In this document: positions 35,678 through 46,133 of the stretch, in pieces
Numbering within the stretch: position 1 is the stretch's first letter
How the letters are laid out: each line of letters opens with the position of its first letter
Origin: Candidatus Limnocylindrales bacterium
GTDB taxonomy: Bacteria > Chloroflexota > Limnocylindria > Limnocylindrales > CSP1-4
Reading direction: 5' to 3'
Assembly: GCA_044868045.1 (NCBI GenBank)
Contig: JBIOWA010000282.1
Span: forward strand, 1 to 47,349
Length of the DNA: 47,349 bases
Notes under the pieces: generated by a model
Database searches by the model: none
What the model was told of the DNA's origin: nothing
Seen by the model: the letters and a program-made list of their open reading frames with translations, nothing else
Position numbers and translations under genes: made by a program

Positions 35678-36328
35678 ATGACCGCCCGATCCACGACGAC
35701 CGATGAACGACCCGATGGGTCGGCCGCCGACGACGCAACAGTGGACGAGTCGCGTTCGCCCGAGCCGGCGCCGGGCAAGGTGACGCGAGCTCGCGCGACG
35801 ACGTCCGGCAGCGCCACCCCGCCGGCCGTCGTCTCCGACGCCGAGCCGACCCGGGCCGATCGCATCGAGATCAACCAGGGCGGCCTTTTTTCGGCCGAGG
35901 CCGGCTCGATCACGGTGCGCCAGGGTGGCGTGTCGATCGCGAACGCCGAGACCATCGATATCACGCAGGGCGGCATCGGCCGCGCTCGAGCCACCGACAT
36001 CGCGGTCACCCAGGGAGGCGTGGGACTGGCGCAAGGCGACCGGGTGTCGCTCGATCGCGGCATGATCGGGGCGGCGTTCGGCGGAGAGACACGCCTCGTC
36101 CAGTCGGTGGCGAATGTCGTGATGGGCAACGAGACGACGGTCGATCAGTCGATGGTCGGGGCGATCGTGAGCAACCAGGTCACGGTGCGCCAGCCCAGCG
36201 CGATCGCGGTCCTGATCGCCGGCCGCGTCGATGGCTCGATCCGCCCCATCCTGGACTGGCGGGGCGCTGCCGCCTTCGGTGCAGTCTTCGCCGTGGTCTA
36301 CGGCATCGTTCGACGAGCTCGCCGGTGA
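35678..36328 (+). CDS. Tail-anchored protein with eight 15-residue repeats (predicted beta-solenoid), unknown family
   Basis: RBS GAGGAAG. Disordered N-terminus of about 60 aa. Gln (Arg in one repeat) recurs at residues 67, 82, 97, 112, (127), 142, 157 and 172 (QGG x4, then Q-S/Q-P). C-terminal TM helix AAAFGAVFAVVYGIV. The stop overlaps the next gene's start (GTGA). Confidence 0.55.
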   Translation: MTARSTTTDERPDGSAADDATVDESRSPEPAPGKVTRARATTSGSATPPAVVSDAEPTRADRIEINQGGLFSAEAGSITVRQGGVSIANAETIDITQGGIGRARATDIAVTQGGVGLAQGDRVSLDRGMIGAAFGGETRLVQSVANVVMGNETTVDQSMVGAIVSNQVTVRQPSAIAVLIAGRVDGSIRPILDWRGAAAFGAVFAVVYGIVRRARR

Positions 36329-36993
36329 TCGACCCCGCCGCCGGGGTCGACCCGGCAGCCCGCGTCCATGATTCGGCCGACCTCGAGGACGGCGTGTCGG
36401 TCGGGCCCCGGACGGCGATCTGGCAGCGAGCCCAGGTCCGCTCCGGTGCGAGGATCGGCGCCGACTGCATCGTGGGCCGGGACGTGTTCATCGACGGGGG
36501 CGTCACGATCGGCGATCGAACGAAGATCCAGAACGCGGCGTTGATCTACCACGGCGTCGAGATCGCCGACGGGGTGTTCATCGGCCCCGGAGCGATCCTC
36601 ACCAACGACCGATATCCACGGGCGATCACCGCCGACGGGGAGCTCGCCCGCGCCGACGATTGGGAGCTGTCGCCGATCCGGATCGAGCATGGGGCTTCCA
36701 TCGGGGCCGGGGCCATCGTCGTCGCCGGCTGCGATGTCGGGGCATTCGCGACGGTGGGCGCCGGTGCCGTAGTGACGCGCACGGTGCCCGGCCACGCACT
36801 CATGGCCGGCTCGCCGGCCAGGCGTATCGGCTGGGTATGCGCCTGTGGCGCGCGGCTCATGGACGGCCGTGGCGCCCCCGCCCCCGCCGAGATCGAGCGC
36901 TACGCGAGCAACCCGGAGCTCTCCTGCGAGCGGTGCGGTCGCCGGTACCGCTACGAGGCCGATGAGGACACGCTCCGGGAGGTGGCCAGATGA
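36325..36993 (+). CDS. Left-handed beta-helix N-acetyltransferase, WbpD/WlbB-like
   Basis: Hexapeptide repeats, with the IW.RAQV..GARIG..C.VGRDVFID and PARRIGWVCACG tail pattern seen in WlbB/WbpD-type 3-amino-sugar N-acetyltransferases. Confidence 0.8.
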   Translation: MIDPAAGVDPAARVHDSADLEDGVSVGPRTAIWQRAQVRSGARIGADCIVGRDVFIDGGVTIGDRTKIQNAALIYHGVEIADGVFIGPGAILTNDRYPRAITADGELARADDWELSPIRIEHGASIGAGAIVVAGCDVGAFATVGAGAVVTRTVPGHALMAGSPARRIGWVCACGARLMDGRGAPAPAEIERYASNPELSCERCGRRYRYEADEDTLREVAR

Positions 36994-38090
36994 TCCCGAT
37001 CGCGCGCCCCGATATCGACGAGGCCGAGATCGCCGCGGTGACCGAGGTCCTGCGCAGCGGTCAGCTGGCGGGTGGTCGGCGCGTGGCCGAGTTCGAGGCG
37101 CGCTGGGCCGAGTTCATCGGTGTCCGGCACGCGATCGCCGTCAGCAACGGCACGGTCGCCCTGATGTGCATCTTCGAAGCGCTCGGCGTGGGGACCGGCG
37201 ACGAGGTCATAACGGTCGGGCACACGTTCAACGCGACGGTCTCGTCGATCATGTTCACGGACGCGACGCCGGTCTTCGTCGACATCGACGCCGAGACCTA
37301 CGACATCGACGCGGACCGCGTCGCCGCCGCCGTGACCACGCGGACGAAGGCGATCGTGCCTGTCCACCTGTTCGGGCTGCCGGCCGACATGGACGCCATC
37401 ACCGAGATCGCCCAGCGTCACGGGCTGGCGATCGTGGAGGACGCCTGCCAGGCGCACGGCGCCGAGTTCCGCGGTCGCAAGGTGGGGAGCTTCGGCCACG
37501 GGGCGTTCAGCCTCTACGCCACCAAGAATATGACGACCGGAGAGGGCGGCCTGATCACGACCGATGACGACGCCTTGGCGGACCGGATCAGGCTGTACCG
37601 CAACCAGGGGATGCGCCAGCGGTATCACCACGACATCCTCGGGTACAACTTCCGGATGACGGACATCGCCGCGGCGATCGGGCTGTGCCAGCTCGACAAG
37701 CTCGCCGCGGCCACGGAACGGCGACGCGCGATCGCGGCCCGCTACGACGCCGCGTTCGAGGACCTGCCGATCCGCGTGCCGATCACACCACCGGACCGAA
37801 CCCACGTGTACCACCAGTACACGATCGACGTCGGGCCGGCACGCGACGCGATCGTTGCCGACCTCGCGGCCGCCGGGGTGTCGAGCGCGATCTACTACCC
37901 GATCCCGGTGCATCGCCAGCCCTACGTCCTGGAGCGCGGCATCGACGTCCACCTGCCGGTCACCGAACACGTCGCCGACCGAGCCCTGTCGATCCCGCTC
38001 TACCCGACGCTCACCGACGACGAGGTGGCGACCGTGATCGACGCCGTGACGACGGCCGTCGGCCGGCACGTCCACGTGGCTGCCCGGTGA
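36990..38090 (+). CDS. DegT/DnrJ/EryC1/StrS family PLP aminotransferase, WbpE/WlbC-like
   Basis: IPIARPDIDEAEIAAVTEVLRSGQLA, AVSNGTVAL and FSLYATKNMTTGEGG (PLP lysine context). Confidence 0.9.
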   Translation: MIPIARPDIDEAEIAAVTEVLRSGQLAGGRRVAEFEARWAEFIGVRHAIAVSNGTVALMCIFEALGVGTGDEVITVGHTFNATVSSIMFTDATPVFVDIDAETYDIDADRVAAAVTTRTKAIVPVHLFGLPADMDAITEIAQRHGLAIVEDACQAHGAEFRGRKVGSFGHGAFSLYATKNMTTGEGGLITTDDDALADRIRLYRNQGMRQRYHHDILGYNFRMTDIAAAIGLCQLDKLAAATERRRAIAARYDAAFEDLPIRVPITPPDRTHVYHQYTIDVGPARDAIVADLAAAGVSSAIYYPIPVHRQPYVLERGIDVHLPVTEHVADRALSIPLYPTLTDDEVATVIDAVTTAVGRHVHVAAR

Positions 38091-39130
38091 GCGGCCCCTG
38101 GCAGCCGACCGGGCGCAGTCAGCCCGTCCGGGTCGGCCTCATCGGCCTCGGTGCGATGGGTCGCAACCACCTCCGGCTGCTGTCGGCGCGCGACGACGCA
38201 CGGCTCGTCGCGGTGGCCGACCCGGTTCCCGGGGCGCTCGAGATCGCCGCGGCGACGGCCGACGCCCAGGGGTATGCGGAGCCGCTCGCGATGCTCGCGG
38301 AGGCCGAGCTCGACGCCGTGGTCATCGCCTCGCCGACGATGACCCATCACCCGCTGGCCCTGGCCGCACTCGATCGGGGCATCGCAGTGCTCGTCGAGAA
38401 GCCGCTCGCAGCGACCCCACCCGAGGCGGACGAGCTGGTCGATGCCGCGAAGTCGCGGGGGGTGCCGATCCAGGTCGGCCATGTCGAGCGCTTCAATCCT
38501 GCCGTCCTGGAGCTCGGCCGGCTGCTCGACACGGGCTGGCTCTCGACGGTCTACGCGATCACCAGCCGGCGTGCCGGCCCGTTCCCCGCGCGGATCAGAG
38601 ACGTCGGCGTGACCATGGATCTCGCGACGCACGACGTCGACATCCTGTCGTTCGTTGCGGCCGAGCGGCCGATCAGGGTCTCGGCCGAGACCGCGCAGCG
38701 GGTCCACCAGGACCACGAGGATCTCCTGTTCGGGCTGCTGTCGTTCCCGTCCGGGACGATCGGCATGATCGATGTCGATTGGTTGACGCCGGCCAAGCGC
38801 CGCACGCTCACGGTCGTCGGCGAAGAGGGTATGTTCGAGCTCGATTACCTCTCGCAGCGGCTGACGTTCACCCGCTCGACCGACACCACGAATCCGCGGC
38901 TGATCGCCGGTTACGCCCCGACGTTCGAGGGCGAGTCTGTCGACCTGCCGTTCGAGACCCACGAGCCGCTGGCGGCGGAGCTCGACGCCTTCCTGGCGGT
39001 CGTCCGTGATGGGGGCAAGCCGGTCGTCGATGCCGAGGACGGTCGCTGGGCGGTGATGCTCGCGGATGCGCTGCTGCGTTCGGCGCACGAGCGCCGGACG
39101 ATCGAGCTGGACCGCATCAGGGCTCGATGA
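38087..39130 (+). CDS. Gfo/Idh/MocA oxidoreductase, WbpB/WlbA-like
   Basis: VRVGLIGLGAMGRNH Rossmann motif and the EKPLA motif (LVEKPLAATPPEADEL). GTGA overlap with the aminotransferase gene. Confidence 0.8.
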   Translation: MSGPWQPTGRSQPVRVGLIGLGAMGRNHLRLLSARDDARLVAVADPVPGALEIAAATADAQGYAEPLAMLAEAELDAVVIASPTMTHHPLALAALDRGIAVLVEKPLAATPPEADELVDAAKSRGVPIQVGHVERFNPAVLELGRLLDTGWLSTVYAITSRRAGPFPARIRDVGVTMDLATHDVDILSFVAAERPIRVSAETAQRVHQDHEDLLFGLLSFPSGTIGMIDVDWLTPAKRRTLTVVGEEGMFELDYLSQRLTFTRSTDTTNPRLIAGYAPTFEGESVDLPFETHEPLAAELDAFLAVVRDGGKPVVDAEDGRWAVMLADALLRSAHERRTIELDRIRAR

Positions 39131-40548
39131 CGATCACTTCGCGACCGACCACGACCGCGAACCTGGCGGGCGGGGCCATCACCCTCGAGCCGAACCCGTG
39201 CCGGCACGGACCGGCGAAGCGCGTCTCCCCGTGGCGCGGCGAGCCCGATACGGCCGGGGTCGTCGCCGTCGTCGGCGCGGGCAAGATGGGCCTGCCGCTG
39301 GCCGGCCAGTTCGCCTCGCACGGGTGGTCGGTGATCGCGGTCGATATCGACGCCGACGTCGTGGCCTCGATCAACGAAGGCCGCTCGCACGTGGACGAGG
39401 AGCCGGGGCTCGCCGAGCTCGTGTCGACGGCCCACGCCGACGGCCGGCTGCGGGCCACGACGGACGGTGCCGCCGCCGCGCACGAGGCCGACGTCGTCGT
39501 GCTGATCGTGCCGGTGATGCTCGACGCCGCGGCACACCCCGACTACCGCCACATGGACGCCGCGACCGACTCGATCGGCCCCGGCATCCATCCTGGTTCG
39601 CTCGTGATCTATGAGACGACGCTGCCGGTCGGCGACACCCGCGATCGCTACGCGCCGCGCCTCGAGGCGTTGAGCGGCCTGCGCGCCGAGGTGGATGGCG
39701 ACGACGGGTTCCTCCTCGCGTTCTCGCCCGAGCGGCTGTACAGCGGCGCCGCCCTTCGTAACCTGGCGACCTACCCGAAGCTTGTCGGTGGCCTCGGGCC
39801 GGTGTCGCGGAATCAGGCTGCGGCCTTCTACGACGGCGTGCTCGACGCCGAGGTCGTCGCGATGTCGTCGGCCGAGGCGGCCGAGTTCTCGAAGCTCGCC
39901 GACACCACCTACCGCGACGTGAACATCGCGCTTGCCAACGAGTTCGCCCGCTACGCCGACCGAATCGGCGTCGACGTGACCGAGGTGATCGCCGCGGCCA
40001 ACAGCCAGCCGTACAGCCACATCCACCAGCCCGGGATCGGGGTGGGAGGTCACTGCATCCCGGTCTATCCGCACTTCCTGCTGGACAAGGCGCCGGAGCT
40101 GTCGCTCGTGGCGCGGGCGCGCGAGGTGAACGACGGCCAGGTCGATGTGGCGGTCGAGACGCTGCGTGACGCGCTGGGCGAGTCGGGCGGCCTCGATGGT
40201 ACCGGCGTGCTGGTCCTCGGCCTGACCTACCGGCATGGCGTGAAGGAGCTCGCGTACTCGAGGGCGCTGCCGCTGATCGAGCGGCTCCGGACGGCCGGAG
40301 CGCGGGTCTTGGCCTTCGACCCGCTGCTCACCGACGAAGAGATCCGGGCGACCGGCGCGGAGCCGTGGCGATGGGGTGCCGACGCGCCGGGAGTGCAGGC
40401 GATCGTCACGCAGACCGCCGATCCACGCTGGGCCGGGCTCGACCCCGCGTGGTTCCCCGACCTGGCCGCGATCGTCGACGGTCGCAACAGTCTCGACGAT
40501 CTGGTCCTGCCGGAGGGTGTGCGGCGGCACGGCATGGGCCGGCCGTGA
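39127..40548 (+). CDS. Nucleotide-sugar 6-dehydrogenase (UDP-GlcNAc/ManNAc dehydrogenase, WbpA/WecC-like)
   Basis: VAVVGAGKMGLPLA Rossmann motif and catalytic region GIGVGGHCIPVYP. ATGA overlap with the preceding gene. The N-terminal extension of about 45 aa is uncertain. Confidence 0.85.
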   Translation: MTITSRPTTTANLAGGAITLEPNPCRHGPAKRVSPWRGEPDTAGVVAVVGAGKMGLPLAGQFASHGWSVIAVDIDADVVASINEGRSHVDEEPGLAELVSTAHADGRLRATTDGAAAAHEADVVVLIVPVMLDAAAHPDYRHMDAATDSIGPGIHPGSLVIYETTLPVGDTRDRYAPRLEALSGLRAEVDGDDGFLLAFSPERLYSGAALRNLATYPKLVGGLGPVSRNQAAAFYDGVLDAEVVAMSSAEAAEFSKLADTTYRDVNIALANEFARYADRIGVDVTEVIAAANSQPYSHIHQPGIGVGGHCIPVYPHFLLDKAPELSLVARAREVNDGQVDVAVETLRDALGESGGLDGTGVLVLGLTYRHGVKELAYSRALPLIERLRTAGARVLAFDPLLTDEEIRATGAEPWRWGADAPGVQAIVTQTADPRWAGLDPAWFPDLAAIVDGRNSLDDLVLPEGVRRHGMGRP

Positions 40549-40572
40549 GCGGCTTCTGAGTCGTTCCCTGCG

Positions 40573-40914
40573 CTAGGAGTGGCGGATCGAGCTTCCGCCG
40601 CTGATGTTCGCGCGGTCGATGCCGGTCAGTTCGGCCGTGGCGTCACCGTCGATCTCGATGACCTCGACCCCGGCGTCGGGCGCCGGTTCGCGATCGGCGA
40701 GAGGCACGCCGTGCTCCGCCATCGCGGCCCATTTCCAGGGAATGGGTTCGCCCTCCTGGACGCCGCGCGGCCAGCCGGCTTCGCGATAGGGGAGGAAGCC
40801 CTTGCCGAATGCGTCGAGCCCGCGCAGGGTGCCGTCGCTCGCCAGGTACCGGCCGATGCCGGCCCCGAGGAGCAGGATGACCAGGATGCCCAGGATATCC
40901 ATCGATCTCGCCAC
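40573..40914 (-). CDS. Small N-terminally anchored membrane protein (hypothetical)
   Basis: One TM helix (ILGILVILLLGAGIG). GTG start at 40914 or ATG at 40902. No family recognised. Confidence 0.5.
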   Translation of the reverse strand: MARSMDILGILVILLLGAGIGRYLASDGTLRGLDAFGKGFLPYREAGWPRGVQEGEPIPWKWAAMAEHGVPLADREPAPDAGVEVIEIDGDATAELTGIDRANISGGSSIRHS

Positions 40915-40968
40915 GGTTGACTGTGCGCCTCGTTCTCGGAGGCGTCAAACCCCGCCCCTCGAGATCGC

Positions 40969-41228
40969 ATCACTCCCGTGGGACGGCAACAGGAGCCGCC
41001 GCGTGCAGGGGAATCGTCCCCATTGCCGTGGGGCGGCAGCTGGCGAGGTTTTGGCCGCGCTGCGCGGCGTTTACTGGCGTGGGACGGGAAAACGGTGACA
41101 CCCTTCCCGCGCCACGGCAGGGATCGACACTGTGGGTGCTGATCGCCACGCCACTTCCCGTGGAGCGGGAAAGGGGCCCGCACTACGAGTGGGACGTCCC
41201 CATTCCCGTGAGGCGCCACCTGGCGACC
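40969..41228. repeat. Diverged 180-bp tandem duplication in a 329-bp intergenic region; contains two 33-nt conserved boxes
   Basis: GTCCCCATTGCCGTGGGGCGGCAGCTGGCGAGG (41016-41048) versus GTCCCCATTCCCGTGAGGCGCCACCTGGCGACC (41196-41228): 27/33 identical, offset exactly 180 bp. [C/G]CCGTG boxes at 40975, 41025, 41157 and 41205. Confidence 0.7.
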
Positions 41229-41243
41229 CTTCGACAGGCCCCA

Positions 41244-42479
41244 TCAGGCCAGTCGCTCGCGTACGGCCTTCGCGAACGCCCGGCTGATCTCGTCGGGGTC
41301 GAACCGGCGAGCCGTTGCCAGTGCCGCCTCTTGGGCCTCGGGCGTCATGAGTCGGTCGGCCGCGATGAGCGCCTCGATGAGTGCCCCGCGATCGCCAGCC
41401 TCGAACGTGATCGCGGCGTCCTCCGCGACAGTCTCGGTCACGCCCGGGGACGCGGCGGCGACGACAGGACGACCGAACGAGAGCGCCAGCAGCAGCGCAC
41501 CGGAGTTCAACGACTCGCGATGGGGGAGCACGACGACATCGCTCGCCCGCAGCGGGATCGACAGCTCGTCGGCCGGGATCCGGCGGGCATCCAGGACGAT
41601 GTCGGAATTGCGCTCCATACGCGTCAGTAACCCGGCGATTTCGGGGTGGGCCGAGGGCAGGCCGGCGACGAGCAGGCGACGACGCCGGCGATCGGTTCTG
41701 GCCGGACCGCCGGTGATCGACTCGAACGCATCGAGCAGGTCGTCGACCCCCTTGTAGGGCCGGATGTTGCCGACGAATCCGTAGACGACGTCGTCGGCAC
41801 CGAGCTTGTAGCGTTTGCGCGCGTCCGCCCCAGAGACATCGTCCGGGTAGACGTCGAGATAGGCCGGATGCGGGAGGTGGAGCACCTTCGCGTCGGGGAT
41901 CTCGTACGAAGGCGCAGCCGCCTCGACGGTCCCGGCCGACAGCACGTGGACCAGTTCCGCGCGGGCGACCACGGCCTTGCGCAGCGCGCGGTCCAGGGCC
42001 GGGTAGGGAGTGTCGTGCGGGAGCACGTTGTGGACGGTCCAGATGATCTGACCGCCCGCCATCCGGAACGCGTCGAGCGCGGCGACGAACGAGCTCACGC
42101 GCTCGAGGCCCTCCGCCTCGTCGGCCACCCCGCGCAGGACGCGGGCCAGCCAATGCAGGTGCAGCACCACGATAACCCGTTCGCTGGACCGAAGAGCGGC
42201 GAGTGCCGGGAGCGCGACCGGGTCGTCGAGGTCGGCCAGTCGATCCATCCCGACGGTCACGATGCCTGCCTCTTCCGCGTGCCGGGTCAACAGCGCCTGG
42301 AACGGGTTCTCGGCGTCGTACATCCACATCACGAGCAGGATCGGGCGCTCGTGGCCGGCGGCTCGCACGCGCTCGATGCCCTCGAGCGCGTCCTCGACGT
42401 ATCGGCGCTTCGGCCGCACGTTGGCGGTCTCTGCGGGCCGGCCCAGGATGCGGCGCACCGCCGATCGAAGCTGGGGCAT
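41244..42479 (-). CDS. GT4-like glycosyltransferase; start at 42479 or 42512
   Basis: C-terminal GT-B motif VVVLPHRESLNSGALLLALSFGRPVVAAASPGVTETV. Divergent from the first 2-epimerase gene. Confidence 0.75.
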   Translation of the reverse strand: MPQLRSAVRRILGRPAETANVRPKRRYVEDALEGIERVRAAGHERPILLVMWMYDAENPFQALLTRHAEEAGIVTVGMDRLADLDDPVALPALAALRSSERVIVVLHLHWLARVLRGVADEAEGLERVSSFVAALDAFRMAGGQIIWTVHNVLPHDTPYPALDRALRKAVVARAELVHVLSAGTVEAAAPSYEIPDAKVLHLPHPAYLDVYPDDVSGADARKRYKLGADDVVYGFVGNIRPYKGVDDLLDAFESITGGPARTDRRRRRLLVAGLPSAHPEIAGLLTRMERNSDIVLDARRIPADELSIPLRASDVVVLPHRESLNSGALLLALSFGRPVVAAASPGVTETVAEDAAITFEAGDRGALIEALIAADRLMTPEAQEAALATARRFDPDEISRAFAKAVRERLA

Positions 42480-42523
42480 GCACCGAAGGATAGGTGAGGC
42501 TGGCTCGGGCATACTCTCCGGCG

Positions 42524-43656
<1,133 letters not shown>

Positions 43657-43657
<1 letters not shown>

Positions 43658-44760
43658 TGCGAATCGCGAACGTCGTCGGGACCCGTCCGCAGCTCATCAA
43701 GGCGGCGGCGCTCCAGCCGGCCCTTCGCGAGCGACATGACGAGGTCTTCATCGACACGGGCCAGCACTGGGACGAAGAGCTGGCTGGGGTCTTCTTCCGC
43801 GAGCTCGGCCTGCGCCAACCGGACCAGTCGCTCGGGATCGGTGGTGGGACGGCGGCGGAGCAGACGGGCCGGATGATGGTGGCACTCGAGGGCGCGCTCC
43901 GGGATGTCCACGCTGACGCGATCGTGGTCTATGGCGACACGAATTCGACGCTCGCCACGGCCCTGGTCGCGGCAAAGATGGAGACACCGCTCGCCCACGT
44001 CGAAGCCGGTCTGCGCTCGTTCGATCGCGCGATGCCCGAGGAGGTGAACCGGGTCGTGACCGATCACCTCGCCCGGTGGTCCTTCGCACCGACTGCGGCC
44101 GCGGTTGCGAACCTCGCCGCGGAGGGGCTTCGCGACGGCGTCCACCTCGTCGGCGACGTGATGCGCGACCTTGCGGCGCGGACGCTGGAGCACGTCCGGG
44201 ATCCCTCGGCCCTGGCCGCCGTTGCCGAGGCCGTCGGCATCGCGTTGCGGCGCGGGGAGTTCCTGTTCGCCACGGTCCACCGCGCAGAGAACCGTTTGCC
44301 CGACGCGATCCGCGGTTGGGCCGGCGTCCTCGAGGCCGTGGCGCGCGCGGATCGGCCGGTCGTGCTGGCGCTGCACCCGGGGACGCGCGCGGCGCTGGAT
44401 GCACTCGGCGTCGAGCTCGACCCGAGCGTCCTCGTCGTCGATCCGCTCGGCTACCGCAGCTCGCTGGCCGCGCAGCTCCATGCGGCGGCCGTGCTGACCG
44501 ATTCGGGCGGTGTGCAGCGTGAGGCAGCCTGGCTGGGCACACCCTGCCTGGTGTTGCGCCGGACGACGGAGTGGGTCGAGACCCTGGGAGGGGAGGGACC
44601 AACCTCGGTGCTGGTCGGCCTCGATGCGACCGTGGCGCGCGACACGCTCGATCGGCTTGCGCCACCGGATCGAGCGCCGGAAGACGCGGCCGGTCGAGCG
44701 CGCGGCCGGACGATCGCGACCGACGGCGCGACCGAGTCGATCGCCCGGCTCCTGACATGA
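43657..44760 (+). CDS. UDP-N-acetylglucosamine 2-epimerase family (non-hydrolysing), copy 2
   Basis: GTRPQLIKAA, DTGQHWD, VVYGDTNSTLA and HVEAGLRSFDRAMPEEVNR. The ATG at 43657 overlaps the copy 1 stop. Confidence 0.9.
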
Positions 44761-46133
44761 CGGAGCCGGCGGCGATCGTCCCGCAGCACCTCGTGCTGGT
44801 GCTGCCGTCGACCGGCGAGTTCGACTCGCGCACCTACCGCATCGCGACGTCGTGCATCGCGCGCGGTCATACGGTCACGGTCATGGCGCGCCACAAAGCC
44901 GGGTTGCCGTGGCGCGAAGACGATCCCGCTGGGTTCACGCTGATCCGCGTGCTCGCGACGGCCAAGGACGGGATGCCCTTGCGGCCGCTCATCCGAGCGG
45001 GACGCGCCGCGGTCCGCCGGCTGGAATCGATCATCCGGCGGCGCCCGTACCGACCGCCCGGAACCCCGCGGGACGATGCCTCGGGCGCAGCGTCGCCTGT
45101 CGGCTCGGCGCCGGGAACCGCCCCCCGTGTCCCCGTCTACACCCGTGCCTGGATGGGCCTGTATCGACGCGTGGCGATCCCGTTGCAGATCCGATCGCAT
45201 CGCCGGAACGCAGCTCGCGTGACGCCGCGCAGCGATGTCGTTCACGGCATGGCGTTCATGGGCATCCCCGTGGCCCTGTCGATCGGGAAGCGCGACGGGA
45301 TCCCGGTCGTGTATGACGCCCGGGACATCCATCTCGAGGCACGCAACCTGGCGCGAATGGGTCGACCGGCCCGCTGGCTGCTCGGGCGGACGGAACGCCG
45401 CTGGGCTTTGGCCGCCACGCGCGTCATCAGCGTCAACGACGCTTATGCCGACGTCCTCGCGTCACGCTGGCCGATCGAGCGGCCGCTGGTGGTGATGAAT
45501 TGCTCGTACCGCTACACGCCCGTGTCGCCTCGGCAGCGGCGGTTCCACGAGGCGCTCGGTTTGCCGGACCACCACAAGGTCGTGCTGTACCACGGCGGCC
45601 TGTTTCCGTGGCGTGGCATCGAGCAGCTGATCGAGGCGATCCGCGAGGTCCCCGATGCGACACTGGTGCTGATGGGCTACGGCGTCCTCGAGCCGACCCT
45701 CCGCGCGCAGGAGGCGGATCCATCACTCGCCGGCACGGTTCGGGTCATGGATGCGGTGCCGCCCGCGGAGCTCCACGACTGGGTCGCCGCCGCCGACGTC
45801 GTCGCGATGCCGATCCAGGGCGACACCCTCAACCATCGACTCACGACGCCGAACAAGCTGTTCGAAGCGATGGCGGCCGGCGTGCCGGCCGTCGTCTCGG
45901 ACCTGCCCGGCATGTCGGCGATCTTCAGGGACGCCGAGTCGGGCATCCTCGTCGACCCGACCGATGTCCCGGCGATCGCCGCCGCCATCCGCCGGATCGT
46001 GTCAATGCCCGCCGAGGAGTGGCAGGCGTGGCGCGAGCGATGCGTGGCGGCCGCCCACGACCGGTATAACTGGGAGACCCAGGTCGACCGCCTCCTCGAC
46101 CTCTACACCGATCTGACCGGCAAGCGGTGGTGA
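44757..46133 (+). CDS. GT4-family glycosyltransferase
   Basis: GT-B C-terminal motif NHRLTTPNKLFEAMAAGVPAVVSDLPGM. ATGA overlap with the epimerase gene. Confidence 0.8.
   Translation: MTEPAAIVPQHLVLVLPSTGEFDSRTYRIATSCIARGHTVTVMARHKAGLPWREDDPAGFTLIRVLATAKDGMPLRPLIRAGRAAVRRLESIIRRRPYRPPGTPRDDASGAASPVGSAPGTAPRVPVYTRAWMGLYRRVAIPLQIRSHRRNAARVTPRSDVVHGMAFMGIPVALSIGKRDGIPVVYDARDIHLEARNLARMGRPARWLLGRTERRWALAATRVISVNDAYADVLASRWPIERPLVVMNCSYRYTPVSPRQRRFHEALGLPDHHKVVLYHGGLFPWRGIEQLIEAIREVPDATLVLMGYGVLEPTLRAQEADPSLAGTVRVMDAVPPAELHDWVAAADVVAMPIQGDTLNHRLTTPNKLFEAMAAGVPAVVSDLPGMSAIFRDAESGILVDPTDVPAIAAAIRRIVSMPAEEWQAWRERCVAAAHDRYNWETQVDRLLDLYTDLTGKRW

Noticed and set aside
40626-41219. Minus-strand ORF across the structured intergenic region, encoding repeated PHGNGD / PLHGKW motifs (possible multi-core RiPP precursor)
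   Set aside because: The peptide repeats simply mirror the DNA repeats. The ORF runs out of frame into the downstream gene. There is no RBS, and no radical-SAM, cyclase or other maturase gene nearby.
40915-41243. Resemblance of parts of this region to cobalamin (GGGAA..GGUGA..CCCGC..CCAC), ZTP (CUGGCG) or ydaO c-di-AMP riboswitch cores
   Set aside because: The matches are short and occur on the plus strand, which has no downstream plus-strand gene here. The required helices (such as the cobalamin P4 hairpin and B12 box) and the motif order are not reproduced. I treat the region as unclassified.
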